Source: Octopus vulgaris (lineage: Eukaryota). Taken from it: 64,000 nt of DNA. The notes under the pieces are model-generated. The model had not been told where the DNA came from and made no database searches. It worked only from the letters and a program-made list of their open reading frames with translations. This document shows, piece after piece, positions 13,391 to 28,238 of this stretch. The stretch lies in NCBI GenBank assembly GCA_951406725.2, contig OX597825.1:38626001-38690000 (forward strand). Reading direction: 5' to 3'. The position numbers and the translations under genes were made by a program. Positions within the stretch are counted from its first letter, which is position 1, and each line of letters begins with the position of its first letter.

Positions 13391-14178
13391 AAGTGGTTTA
13401 TTGTGATGCTCTTATTTTTACTGTATTGAAAGTGTTTCACATAGAATGTCTGTGGTGCCCAGTAGTGCTATTTTCTCTATGTTTTACGTACTTCTTAGTT
13501 CTGATGTTTTTGTTATGTATTTGACTGAATACTTTTATTATACCTAATGCACCTGCTATGATAGGAATTCTTTCTGTTTTCAGACTCAATATTCGGGATA
13601 CTTCTATTTCTATATCTTTGAATTTTGATTTTCTCCATTTCTTTTAGAGAAATATTGTCATATGTTGATATTGATACATTTATTACAAAACATATTTTTT
13701 CTCTGAGTTCTGTGACAACTATATCCGGTCTATTGACCTTAATTTCTCTATCTGTGTGTATGGACATATCGCAGAGTACGATTGCTTTCTCATTTTCCCG
13801 ACCTTTTCTGGCATGTGCGTATACCATCTTTTTTCTGTTGTCATTCCATATTGTTGGCATATCTTCAAATGTATTTGGGTAACAACTATATCAAGTCTAT
13901 GAATATATTCCTTCTTAGGAATATATTCTGGGTAGCCAGAGACGATATGATTGATTGTTTCTTCTCCATTTCCATATATTCTGCAGTTACTTGTCTGTTG
14001 TTTTCATTACGTGTTTGGTCATTTCTGTCGAGAAGGCATTGATCTTTTGCTGAAATTAAAAATCCTACAGTCTCTCCTTAGAGTCCTGAGCTTCTCAGCC
14101 ATTTTTGTGATCTTGTTATCTATTGCTTTTCTTTTTTTTAAACCAGCATTTGACATAATGAGGCTTTTCTTACCATCG
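13391..14178 (-). mobile_element. R4/Dong-type fragment encoding a restriction-like endonuclease domain (degenerate)
   Basis: ENEKAIVLCDMSIHTDREIKVNRPDIVV...CFVINVSI...KE, then KYKDIEIE...PIIAGALG: PD-(D/E)xK-type RLE motif with frameshifts. Confidence 0.88.
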
Positions 14179-14222
14179 TTTTATTATTATTATTATTATT
14201 ATTGTTATTATTATTATTATTA

Positions 14223-14290
<68 letters not shown>

Positions 14291-14292
14291 TA

Positions 14293-15160
14293 TTCAGTAG
14301 TCTTATTTTTATAACTTATACTTTTACTGCACAACCGAGCGCAGCTCTGTGTGCATTTGATATGTGCTGTGAACATACCTAGTTACGTTATTATATCTCC
14401 TTTTGTATGCTTTTAGAGATAAATTCCAACTCTCACTATGACATTGTTTTGTTTTTGGTGCCCACATCTAACATAGTAAGCATTTGACGCTTTTGTCTAT
14501 TTGGAATTTGGTGTAATTCGTTCTCAGAGCCTGCTACAGAGCGCTGAATATCAAGCCTCGGCATCCTTTCAGATCACTTTTCCCTAACCATCTCCAGATG
14601 TTGATCTTGTCTTTACCTTCCATTTCTCTCAAGTATTGCCCGTTGTTCTAGATTTTGTTTCTTAAATGGTTTTACGTGTTACATTTTCACTAGGTAAAGT
14701 GTGGATATCTTTAACAGTAACAACCAAACATTCAGTCTGCTGTTTGACATAACATCCCAAAGTGTTCTCGCTGGCAACGCAGATTTTGCGGCCTATGAGA
14801 TCAACTTTTCCCCTGTCTCTTAGCGTGCAGTTCCTTGTTTGTTGTCATCATGTTCCTACTTTTTCAATCCGAATCCTCAAGTTCATTGCTTGTCCATCTA
14901 ACAATATCAGCGACAAATGGCATTAAAAGGACAGCCTATGAACTCATTTCTTTGATCTTGTTTTTTCAAATGTGTGTACTTACCACAATAAAGTTGACTT
15001 TCTTGAGTTGTTCTCGTCTAAATAGTTTTCTTTATCACAGTCATTGTCATACTCCAAGATACACAAATACATATATCCATTCACCTCAGTATACTAAATT
15101 CCCTAGTCGCTGGACAGTTCTCCGCCATCAGGTCTCATGTCAATAGTAGAAAGGAATATC
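14293..15160 (-). mobile_element. R4/Dong-type fragment (RT end/thumb to CCHC region) joined to a 3'UTR
   Basis: GQYLREMEGKDKINIWRWLGKSDLKG...QALRTNY..FQIDK...YKRR on the minus strand; 14293-14375 is homologous to the UTR at 12455-12540. Confidence 0.8.
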
Positions 15161-15161
15161 G

Positions 15162-15243
<82 letters not shown>

Positions 15244-16291
15244 CATTATTATTTTGCTGCTTAACTATTTCATTTTTGTATGATATTGTAAGGATAGCAT
15301 AATTTGAAGTCTATGGAGTTATGCAGGCTTTTAATATTTGGAGACCCATAGACAGACGCAATTATATACAAATACACACACATATACATACATACATGCA
15401 CATAAACACAAACATGTAGAAGTGTGTGCACATGTGTTGTCTGTATATAATTGTATGTTTATTTTTAAGTGTTACTATGTCTTACGAAATGTAACGAATA
15501 ATGTTACACATTATATGCAAGTGACAGCTATATTTTGTTAGATTAATTCACTCTTCACAGCCTAGGTTCTGCTACAAAAATAATTTAGATAAACCATGCA
15601 GCGTTTAAAACAAAGAAAAGTCTTGCTCGGTTCCCTTATGTCAACGAAACTGGAGACACGACTTCAGCAGTCAATTTGTTTGCACTATTTATATGTATGG
15701 TATTCCGTAATTAATCGCACTGTGGGTCACAGGGTTTGGCAAATAAATGATTTAATCACGAACGAATCATCTTGTATCGAGGTAAGGATTATAGTTTTCT
15801 ACGTCGCAAGTGATTTAACTGGGTCTGAGTAGACAGAAACTGCGTGGTACCCAAATGATGGACGATGTTTGTAATTCAAAGGCCGCATTTTCTCGCATTA
15901 TTGCACGCTGCTACTATCTAATGACCAGGTTAAGTATAGAAATATGTGTATGCGAAACACAGCCGTTTATACAACAATTCAATAAGTACGTAATTACGTC
16001 TATTGTTCAACCAGAATACTAGTCCTTGGAACGGAAATGCTTCTACTTATTTTAGCGCAGTCACCTGTGCTATCACCCAGTACAATCATTTTCTGTACAG
16101 CTTTTTTGTTACGTCTAAAAATATATAAGTATAAATATCGCATTTTCAAGTTGGGTGTGAACTAATGTTGTGATTTTCAAGAAAATGATTCTAAAATACA
16201 GTTCTATATTTAAGAGATAAGGAATTATGTACATTAATTATATGGGCTCTGATTCCTAAAGTATTTTTCGGCGTTGTTGTTGTTGTTGTTA

Positions 16292-16355
<64 letters not shown>

Positions 16356-16374
16356 CATTATTATTATTATTATT

Positions 16375-16468
16375 CAGGTCACTACTTGGAATCGAACTTG
16401 GAATCTTGGGGTTAGTAGCTCGTGCTCTTAACCTTACGATTGCAAGTTCGATTACAAGCAGTAACCTA

Positions 16469-16470
<2 letters not shown>
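16375..16470. mobile_element. head-to-head fusion of two short tRNA-like SINE halves (palindrome)
   Basis: Minus arm GGTTAAGAGCACGAGCTACTAACCCCAAGATTCCAAGTTCGATTCCAAGTAGTGACCTG(AAT)n; plus arm TAACCTTACGATTGCAAGTTCGATTACAAGCAGTAACCTA(AAT)n; B-box-like GTTCGATT in both. Confidence 0.8.
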
Positions 16471-16532
<62 letters not shown>

Positions 16533-16636
16533 GTAATAATAATAACAACAAAAACAACATCGAAAAATAATAATTAGGAATGAGAATCAGATAATCGAAA
16601 TAATAATAATAATAGACACCTAATGAAGACTGGGGG

Positions 16637-16675
<39 letters not shown>

Positions 16676-18217
16676 TAATAATAATAACAAGATAATACAA
16701 ATATCAGGAATGAGAATAAATGCAAATAATGTAAATAATGCATAATAAAAATAGTTGCTTAATATGAACTATAAATAAGAATATGATAACGGTGAAATAT
16801 TTAGAACAGATTGCGTTAAATTCTAACATAAAATTCTAACGTTAATATTCTAAGTAGGTTCTTGAATGCTATTTTTTCTTGTTTCTAGGCAGAAAGGTTA
16901 TTGAAAGTTATTTAATAGAATCTCTGACAGGAGATATCAAGAATTATATCAGCTCCATATCTTCATGTATCACATGCCAAATATACTTCTCGCTCAAGGG
17001 AGACAAGAATGTTAGATTCTATCATTGAGAAGATTAATATATATATAAATGCAGAGTGGCTGAATACATACACATACGCATGCAAGCAAACACAAAAATA
17101 GACACATATATATTTATATATAATTGTCTGGGTCAAATAAAGATAATATCGTAGTATAATAGGGGATGTTTGCGATGAAGATATTTACTAGATAAAGTGA
17201 AATATTTTTTTATTATTATTCTCACTCCACGGTTTTCAAAATGGATACTAAAATCTATTAACAACAATAATAGAGATATATGGAGTGGCAGTGGTGTCGA
17301 TAGCCACATGTATATGATTTGAATTGAGTAAACTTGCTCAATATAAACAATTTGTTTTAATAACTGCAGCAAAAACGTTATAATCCAAGACAGCAACATT
17401 GCTACATTCGACATCGACTTATAATCGATGACGTATATGTATTTAGGCGTGACCATGGGTACCTCTGACTGTGCGTTGAGCTTCAGTCTTTATTTAAGCA
17501 CATGTATGTGAGTGTGTGTGTGTATTGGTGAATGTTTTAGATATTACCAATGCAATCGAGAAAGCAAATCGTTTCTTTCTTTGAAGTGTTTCCTTCGCAT
17601 TATTTGACCTGCAACGTATTGCAAATACTCCTCTGGCACAGTCGAAGTCAAATCTGAAGTGAAACATGTTTCCATTAATTGGTATGTACGATGTATTTGT
17701 GCAACACATCCGCTTAGTATGGGGCATTCTAACTAAAACACGCTTGTGTATGTGTCCATATGTGTGTGAATGAGTGTGTTTGCGAGCACATTTTTGTGTT
17801 TGTGTATGTGTAGTTAAGTATGTGTGTGCTTGTGAGCATTTGTTCATGGTTTTGTCTATTTAATATTTTCTATACTCGGAACTCTGTAATATTTCTTGGT
17901 GATTTTATGTCAATTAAAATAATTATCATCATTAATTTTAATGTCACATTTTGTTTCGTTGTCATCAGCAGCAAGATGATTTTCCTGACCACCAAAGCGG
18001 ATATCGTTATTATGTCTACCAACCTTAACATTTTCGACACTGTCACTGGCGTTGTTTTCGTCGTCGCCGTTTTTGCTGTCTTCGTATTTCTTCATGATCA
18101 ACACTCGCAACAAAATTATTGTACTTTTTCTTATTTTACAATAACATCAGTAACAAAATACACAGCATAGATATATACTGTTGGTGGTACTAAAAAGAAA
18201 AGACAAATACATTTATC

Positions 18218-18460
<243 letters not shown>

Positions 18461-19050
18461 GCATGTGCTGTCCTTACCACAGGTGCTGGCAGTGGAGGTG
18501 CTGTGCGTACAAAAGACTGCATGCTCCTAATTATTCAAAATTTATGAATTCAGTTTAAACTTACACCTCACCTACTCACTCAGTCTACATGAAAAATAAA
18601 AAATAAAGCTACGTGCTTATATAAAATATGATAGAGAGTATAAACTGTATCTTCCGATGACCTTATTCGCTTGTTACTGATATTATAAAAGCCAGCAAGT
18701 CTATAGATCTTAATCAATTCGAAGCCATTTTGCTTTTGTGTTTTTGACAATCTATCGTGCCTAATTAAGCGGTAGACATAAAATTAAAGTGAACTTCATG
18801 TTGCTTTAACCTTTACGTTTGCTCCATCGTTTTCCAATTATTCTCTTTTATTTTTCCGACACATTTCAAGTTCACGCAAATCATATTGAAGCGGACACTC
18901 GAATAGATGCATGAAAACCATACGCATACACGCACTGTACACACATATGAACACTCAAAGAAATAGGAACACGAACACAAGCACCGATGCGCTAATGCGC
19001 ACGCATGACCAAGTACACCGGGCATAGCGCTTTACTAAATTCATGTATCA

Positions 19051-19135
<85 letters not shown>

Positions 19136-21829
19136 TGTGTGCATACATACACATATGCACGCCCACGGACACATGAACACACAAACACACAACCTCACAC
19201 ACACATAACATACTTGCGGGATTGATTAAATTTCCATTTATGTACTATTAATCGTACTGCAAGCACTAAGATACACGTATGTCCTTTCGGTATTTCTTTT
19301 ACGAAAGTTTTGATGTGAAGGCAGAATTGTAAATTTGGGAGGTTTCTTCATCTAAATAAGTTTTTGCACTGGATGCTGCTTACGTTTAAACACCCAAGTA
19401 GTTAATCTATCAATTAATTAATGAATTTGTCAATTTATTTCTGGACATATATGTATCTCGGTAAAATCCAACTCGAATTATTTCATCCTGTTGATTCGCA
19501 CAAAGTAGCGACTAATGCAAATAACCAAACATATATTCATAATGCGTAGATATTAAAAACTTCAATTAAGGGAAGGTTTGGAGAAAATTTCATTGAAAAA
19601 GGAAAAACGGGTGCAAGTAAAATCTATGACAAAATCTACATGCATTAATTAAGCAATTATAATCTACAGTAACGTAGAACAATACAAGCGTGTAAAAAAT
19701 AATGTGAAAATGAGCTTAACAATGTACGATGAGTATATTATACATACATACATATATATACACAAATATATATAAATTCCAAATATAGGCTAAAATTTCA
19801 ATATTAATTTTTTACCAGTGGCCAACGTGAGAAAAATTTTCCCTAGACTCTAAATATTATATTTTATGTGTGTATAAGAGTTATACACTGAGGGAAAGTC
19901 ACTAAGTAGTTTTCCATCACGCTAGAAATGGGAGAAACCACGAAAAAACTTTTCTTATTTTCGCACGTTGAATGTAGGCAGGCAGGACAAGTTGAGGAAA
20001 TTCAAAAATGATTAGTCATTCACATACTTCGAAGTTTCACCCTTAACGGTTAAATACAGTAATTAATTAATTAATTAATCAATCAATGCATTAAACCATT
20101 TTTAGCGGTTTAGAAATAGAGCCCGATAAAATAAGTACCAGGATTAACAAAAAAGTATCTTCCCGTATATCTTCTTAAAATTCTTTAATCAGGATCCACT
20201 TCTGGTTTTACGGGATACGCGTACGTGTTACAATATTTTGGATATTGTTGACTGTAGCATGTGCAGAATGACAGTAATATATGAGCTGTTGTTAATGCAA
20301 TAAAAATTAACTTTTGACCCCTTAATCCTCTATGCTGCGTGAATATTTGAAAGTGGGTGCGATCGCATCTTTTGAAATATATCGCAGCAGATGAATCTGT
20401 ATCGATACAAATGCGCAGATTATTCTCCGTCAAATATATTGCAAGCTACGCGTTACACTTAGCATTAAACAGAATATTCTTCCAGGATTTATACATCTAC
20501 GGTGTGGTTCTCCAACTTACATTACCGCTGTGAATTCAGAGTTCGCCTGGTTAATTGCATTTTCGTATTTATCTACAAGATGACGGTATTTTGGAAAGCA
20601 GGTGTGAACAGTCTCTGGGTATTTTATACTAGTCTGGTACATGTTAAATGATGATAAGTAAACCTTATTTATCGGCACCATTAAAACATCTCTGATGTTG
20701 GCAAATTCTTCGCCTGCGTCGTTGCCTCGAATATTATACGGGTGACTCCATGTATGTAAACATTATATATGACATTGTTTGGTCGGAAAGATCAACAACG
20801 TGCCATGATCGGCAGCTATGTTCTAGGGTTTGGTATGATCGTCCATGTACATTTGTTTGTGTGTGTCTGGGGGAAGAACATACAGAATATAAAGCTTCCG
20901 CATTTCGGACAGAAACTAGCATATTTTATATTAGATAGCTTCTGTTGCGGGGATGGTGCGTTTAACTATTTCTTCATATCCAGGTGTTTTGTTCTTAATA
21001 AGGTAGTTACATATCCGAAAAATTTTATCTTTCTCGTTGTAAAAATTGTATACATGAACTATTATAATTGTTTTCATGATTGGTTTGATATTTTCTATCA
21101 GCTAAGTTGTCATGCCGGTGATATTTTCATATATTGTATCTTTCTTTTAACCTTATCGCGTCTTTGTACCAACTAGACATAACTCTTCCGCTTCGTTTCA
21201 ACTCCATGAGACATGTCCCCCTTAGAATTTAAACTTTGTATAGTGAGAAATTTTGACGAAGAGAATTTGGTACGTAAATATTTGATTTGAAAGTTCAGTT
21301 GGATTGAGAGTCGAGGCACAAGTAATAAAATAGTTAGCTTAGCATGGTTCCTCCATTAATTTTGAATTTGTTATTAATTCATAACATGGTATGTGGACAG
21401 AAATATTAAAGCAATGGTTATGCTAATGAAAGACACACGGTAGGATCGAACAAAAAGTCGAGTATAAGATAATTTCTATTAAAACATAGTAAAACATTAC
21501 GGAGATATTTTTATACGATTATTAAGAGGCATTTAAACCAACGGTAATATATAGTACAGAGAAATACTTCTATTCATCTCCTTTTTCTGGTCAATTTATA
21601 TACGACATAATACTGATATCATTACACGTCATATATTTCGGATAAACTGTTTTACTGTCAATGGTGGCTTATAAGAGAAATTGATACGAAAGTATTTAGA
21701 TAACCAATATAGAAAGTTATTGTAAATATATGCATTCATACGGATAAACATACAAATCCATACGTATACACATATATATTCATATGTAAGCCAATATACA
21801 TAAAATATATGTCTAGAATTCGATATCAG

Positions 21830-22440
21830 AGACTTTGAATGACTTCATTAACGACGTCGAGCCGCTAACACATCGATTCGGGGATGATATTGTATACATC
21901 GCCGAAAACACAAACCAAGCACTTCAGTAGGATTTTTAAAAAAACGCATTAAAACGAAAACTCATGCGGTTTTTTCGACGTACTACAAGGTAGATATACT
22001 AAACGAGTGCGTCTACTAAGGATGGTACACAGTGACTATGCAACCAATCCCGGATGCTGAAATATCGAAGAGAATAAAAGCGGAACGGAAGGTGTAGTTA
22101 ACTCAAAGGACAATATTATATGCCCCAGATCCTTTAACAACATCATTTTACCTGTTCACTTATATACGAGACCTGGGCTACTACAAACAAGAGAGAACAT
22201 CGTTCGGCGTCGATGCAAAGGACAATGCATGACTCCATGCTGGAAATAACAGTACGACAGACTATTCGAAAGGAGATAACTCGAGAACTATGCCGAGTGA
22301 ACGATGTTGCACAATACCGAAAGCACAAGTGTCTCTGTGCAGGATGAGTTGGAAGGTTCACAGTCAACACATGACTCAGAGCATGCAGATGGCGGGAGGT
22401 ATACAAAAGATCAAAGAAGGCCACTCGAACGACCTCCAAA
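21830..22440 (+). mobile_element. highly degenerate RTE-type LINE RT fragment
   Basis: LTHRFGDDIVYIAE (compare LRFADDIVLIAE), DAEISKRIKA, YETWATT, IRKEITRE remnants with stops and frameshifts. Confidence 0.7.
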
Positions 22441-22471
22441 ACACACACATATATATATATATACGTATGTT

Positions 22472-22512
<41 letters not shown>

Positions 22513-23063
22513 GTGTGTGTGTATGTGTGTATGTATATGTATGTGACTGTGTGTGTGTACGCATATCTATACGGGTGTACATCTGTATCTGCATATATGA
22601 ACTGCAGGGAATTCTTCTGAGATTGAGTATTCATAATCATAATATTTTAACATTGATCATCGTTGTAAGTACAAATGATAAATCATTAGATAAATAAAAA
22701 CACTGTCAAACTTCACTATAGAAATAGCAATGTCTTTGTAAAATACAGGAGTGTTTTCTGCCCAACTCTGTATATATAGCTGCATATAATTTGATAGCTA
22801 AATATGTTACACAGTCGCCATAGAGTCCAATATGTAGAAGAAATTAATTGTATGAATACACTTCTCTGAGCATAGACATAACTGCTCTAATTGCAGAGAA
22901 ATTACTGACAACTGGCTATTACAATGGCGTATATATAAATCTACGCTGTGATATTCTCCTTTATATTCATTCAGACATCTCTATACGCAAACAGACATAG
23001 CGTCTGATGACATAAATTCTCATTTGAATGTGGTACAGACAAACGTGAACATGTGTATGTAGA

Positions 23064-23139
<76 letters not shown>

Positions 23140-24456
23140 AGATGTATCTAATCGAAAACGATGTAGGTCACAAATTCGAGTTTCATCTCTCATTTATCCT
23201 TTATTTAGGTCAATTACCGAGATCTAAACTGAGACCTAAAGAGTTACGATGCAATACATAAAAAATACTTATTCTCACGAAATAGTCAATTTGAGTATGA
23301 TCACTGTAGTTATGCCGATAAATATTTATGTGTATGTGTGTGTATGCATGTGCGTGTACGCATGTGTGTGTGAGTGTTTGTATGAATATATGTATATGTA
23401 ATACATATATGTATATATGTGTGTATGCATGGCTATATTCATATATACGTAAGCGCACACCTTTTAATACAAAAAATAAAAAGAAGGGTACCATTCTACG
23501 TAAGAGTAAATCTATTTATAAAATTTCAAATAACACCCCGCAGAAATACATAGGCACATACAAAGTCATACACTCACAAATGCAAACATACAACGCAAAC
23601 ACACTCCGTCGTATTTTTTACATTCTTTCGATGTTTCGTTGTACATTCCACGTGCAAAAATACTAATATCAATACTTCGAAGAATCTTTCGCTTTGCAAT
23701 TACAAAGGACAACAGACTCTCCCCACATCGCCCAATGTAATATCTAACTCAGGCCCACACCATCATTGTGGGTGCTTTATTAATTTCGAAAGCGCACATT
23801 CGCATATGTTAGTGCATATTGATCTGGCATGGGATAATATTTTAAATTCTACCCCAGCTTAGTTTACTACAATAAAATTACCCCATGCACATACAGGGAT
23901 GCATATTGAAGCAGTATGCAAAATGGAGAAGCATCAATGTGGTTAACAGCCTTGCAAGTCTATAAAAATAAGTTTCTTAAGGTTTCATCTTTGTAAATTC
24001 ACATTCACCCAGGTTTTCGAAATAATGACACTCCAGAATGAAATAAGAAATGCAACAACAGAGTTTCCTCATTTTTCGCAGGATACATATAGCAAAATAT
24101 TAGGTAAATTCTTTGTGAATGACTAGTTGAAATATGGTTTGCATTAATTTAATTCTTCTTTCTTCTCCATATTGTTGAAAACTTTTGGACTTCAAATTGT
24201 TTCTAAGAGCAACACAGAACATTTGACCCTTCCGGCAAACACTTGAAAACAATAGATCTTCTGTATATGAATCCACACAAATTCTTAGAACTGATTACTG
24301 CCCGCAACTAAAATCATATAACATACGTCTCGTTTTTTTATTAGTTAATTGTAATTTCCTTTACATCCAGGGCACATTTAGCAGTATTTTCATACAGAAA
24401 AAGACACAGCGTCTAACGAAAGTCAAAAATAGCTGAAGGAATAACCACATATATAT

Positions 24457-25302
24457 TAGAGAGTACCCAAAAGAAACCGGAATTTCGTAACATTATGTTA
24501 TTCACTTTGTTTTACATCTTTACACTTTTACTGCCTTCAAAGTACTTTCCATTGGAAGCAATGCATATGTCCTGGCGCGTTTTCCACTATTCGAAGCATT
24601 GCTGGAATTCTTGCGTAGCGATGCCTATTAATGCTTCCGTCATTTTTTCACCTCTTCCAGATCAGCAAATTCCCTAGCACCAGCTTTCGTTACCAGTGAT
24701 GACCTTCGAAAAAGGGTCTGGATCAACTTCCAACTGCTCTTTAAGCTCAAGACACGCGTTCAGTCGTGAGTACTTTTGATCTTCTGTAAGCAAGTTAGAC
24801 AAACATTTTCTTCAACTCTTTTCATTCACAATTTCTTGTTTAGAATTCGTAGGTAGGAGCTCAGTAACACAACAGTCATATCAAAATGTCATATCAAGGT
24901 CAATTCATGAATTATCTGAATGAGGTGGGTTTTCAAGTGACAAGTGACCATTCCTAAAGGAGGAGAGAAACCACTTGTTAGTTTGTGTTTTGGTCTTAGC
25001 AGGGTTCTTGTAAGTTGTTTGAAGCATGACAGCTCTTTCGGCCGCCGTTTTCCCCAGGGAAAAAAAGAATTTCATGGAAGCACGCGGTTCCTTCGTTTTA
25101 GCCAACGCAAAAATCGATGAACATGTGAGAAGCGCTGCAACACAAAGACGCACTACGTGGCAGTACTTAATCAATTGAAGACACCGATCGGCAGACTGAT
25201 GCCTGAGGGTCGTATCAAATGGCGTCTGGCGGTGGACGTCTGATCTACAACGGGCTTGTTCCACAGAAAGCGATTAAAGTTACATATGGGTATCCCCTCG
25301 TA
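24457..25302 (-). mobile_element. internally deleted mariner (Tc1/mariner) DNA transposon
   Basis: N-terminal HTH KEPRASMKFFFSLGKTAAE..VMLQTTY...KWF..FRNGHLSLE; LLTEDQKYSRLNAC...VITGNESWC; C-terminal FQQCFE*WKTR..CIASNGKYFEG; imperfect TIRs TAGAGAGTACCCAAAAGAAAC / GTTACATATGGGTATCCCCTCGTA. Confidence 0.9.
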
Positions 25303-25587
25303 AGTGGCGATTATATAATAATATATCGTATAAAATATCTAAAAGCTACGTATCTTGTCATAATATCGCGAGTATACTGTCAGTGTTTCTTCAGGGTGAG
25401 TGTAGACCCGAAAAATATTCTGTACAGTGTATTTCAATCCATTTTCGAAAACTTTCGCAGTCAAATTTCCCATACAACATACATACATATTTATGAACAT
25501 ACATACATGAGTCTACACACGTGTGTCTTTGTATGCGTGTACGTGAGCGAGAGAGAGAGAGCATGTGAACATGTTTATATATCTTTT

Positions 25588-25832
25588 CTACTCTTGGCAC
25601 AAGGCCCAAAATTTTGGGGTCAATCGATTAGATCGAACTCAATATGCATCTGGTACTTAGTTTGTCGTCTCCGAATGGATGAAAGGCAAAGTCGACCTCG
25701 GCGGAGTTTGAAATCAAACGTGCAAACGTTTCTGCCAGCTTGCCGCTGTCTTAAAATATTGAAAGATATATTTACTAATATGTTCGTAAAAAAGACCAAA
25801 TGGCGTGCTAATATTTCTGCCAGCTCGCCGCC
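25588..25832 (-). mobile_element. SINE family A
   Basis: Reverse complement of family A (GATGAAAGGCAAAGTCGACCTCGGCGGA...CTGCCAGCTCGCCGCCT), with the head segment present twice. Confidence 0.8.
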
Positions 25833-27304
25833 TTTCAGTGCGTGAATATTAATCTTACATATGCAAACGTTCTACTTACACTACTCAGATTTTCAGGCGA
25901 ACGCTTTCCAAAATATGAAAATACCACTATTTATATAAATCCATACATGATTAATTCTATAAATTTTTTATCGCATTCAGCTCATTAGTTTAAAGTTACA
26001 GATTCTCTGAAACATTCTTATTTATGTTTCTTATTTGTTTGAAGGAATTTCTTATACTATTGTGTTTCTTATTTGTTTGATATTTAAAATTTTAACTTTG
26101 TTTTCAATTTGCTGTTTTTTAACTTATCGTTTGCAAAGAGACTTGTAAACAATGAGAACGGTAATACCTGAGGGCAGGAAAGGAATATGTTCATACACAT
26201 GCGCGCACACACATACATACACATATATGCACATTTGTATACATACACATGCAGCCATAAATATACATATAAACACACATATGTATATGTGCCTGTGTCT
26301 GTGAGTGTCAGTGCGTTGTGTATATGTGTGTGTATATGTGTACATAACAATTTTGAATGTTTCTTGAAAGTGTGTAGAGTTTGCAACCATCTGCGATAAC
26401 ATGTTTCTATGTATCAAAATGAGGTTATGTGGCAATAACATTACATGTGGTAGAATTATCTCTCAAATGACAGAAATAGCGGTACTCTCAATGGCTGTAC
26501 TAAAACATTACGATTATATTTTTCAAATTTTATTTTTGTTCTAAGTACATATCTTTAATAGAAACTGCAATATAATTTACTTTCTACTACGCTCTAGTAC
26601 ACTTTCTATTCCATTCATTGCTACCGAAAACTCAAATATTTTGGCAATAACATATATTACAGTCATGTTATAACACATTGTAAATAAAAAGATGGTTTGA
26701 GACATTCGAATCCGAAATATTTAGGTTTATTCTCTTAGTAGAAATATAAATGGAATCACCACTATGAAAGTAATACCGACTAATTATGGAATACACAATA
26801 TCTGTATATACCATATATTATGTCTGTGTTCATGTTGACGACAGCTGATATATTGTGGTATTCGATATTTGAACAACAGAATATAAAAAATCTGCTAGAG
26901 AAGCTATTTGATGCGTAGGTAGATGTACAACTACGCGAGCACCTGTAGGCATAAATATATATTACAATTTCATAAAACTTTTTAAAAAATCAATAACAGA
27001 ATGCCGCCCGCAACGCGATAAATCGTAGTAAATTTCTCTCGTATATTTATTAAAATTATAAGATAAAATGAATTTGTTGCTAGTATAAGTCATACATTAT
27101 CGAAACCATATAATTATAAATATACATAAATTTAAGGGATAAATCTGATTATAATAGAATTACCCTGCCCAGGTTATATTTCGCTTCATGGCGTACCTTA
27201 AAATTACATTAGCAATACAATCGTTTGTCACAAATGCCATTTTATGTTGCTTAATTTCATAATAACATAACTTCCTATAACATGATAATAACAATATTTT
27301 CAAA

Positions 27305-27500
27305 TTTAGCTACAGGGGCAGCGATTTTGAGAGGAGGGAATGAGTTGATTAAATCGACCCCAGTGTTCCACTAGTACATATTTGTTCAACCCGGAAGGAT
27401 AATGGGCAAAGTCGACCTTAGAGGAATTTAAACTCAGATCGTAACGACTGGCGACATACCGCTAAACATTTCGTCCAGCGTGCTAAGGATTCTGTGAGCT
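27305..27500 (-). mobile_element. SINE family A
   Basis: ATCGACCCCAGTG...GGCAAAGTCGACCT...AACTCAGA...GCTAAACATTTCG is the reverse complement of family A. Confidence 0.8.
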
Positions 27501-27513
27501 CTTCCCCTTATAA

Positions 27514-27514
27514 C

Positions 27515-27582
<68 letters not shown>

Positions 27583-27628
27583 GATAATAATAATGATAAT
27601 AATAATGATGATAATGATGATGATGATA

Positions 27629-27672
<44 letters not shown>

Positions 27673-27673
27673 A

Positions 27674-27710
<37 letters not shown>

Positions 27711-27770
27711 GGATGATGATGATGATAATGATGATAATAATGATAATAATAATAATAATAATAATAATAA
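27514..27770. repeat. (TAA)/(TGA)n microsatellite
   Basis: Direct reading. Confidence 0.95.
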
Positions 27771-28238
27771 CAGCAAATATTCTGCTCAATACCACAGAAT
27801 TGCTTGTCAGTTGTTTGACCTTAACCAGTTGAGCATGTCCCTTAGTGGCTGACGATATGTGCATCTCTGATCACGAGCAGAAGTAGTGGGGGAGCATCAT
27901 AGCCATGTGTTGAGAGGAATTCTTTGGGGTTTGAATAATTCACCTCTGGAAACATGGGTGGTTCTTTCAACATCCTTAAATAACCCTTATTGAAGGACCT
28001 TTTGAGCGGGATGGGCTACTCAACCTGAAGAAAATTCTAACTGGGCCCCACCTGCAAGGTCATGTGCTGTTTATCTTGATATGAGATCACCATGTCGCGC
28101 ACATATGGCTGTGATGCACGTGCCTGGTGTACCCTTATCAGACGGGTAGTCATGATGGGTATATTGGGCTTCGTATATTTTACCCCAGTGTCACTTTGAT
28201 GGCATGCACTGCTCTCTCACTCAATAATAATAATAATA
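27771..28238 (+). mobile_element. non-coding (TAA)n-tailed retroposon, copy 2 (5'-truncated)
   Basis: Matches about 12762-13213 in reverse; lacks the first ~105 nt of copy 1; ends CTCTCTCACTCAA(TAA)n. Confidence 0.9.

Noticed and set aside
16889-17016. DIKNYISSISSCITCQ resembling an integrase zinc finger
   Set aside because: No upstream His residues or downstream DDE domain; likely chance.
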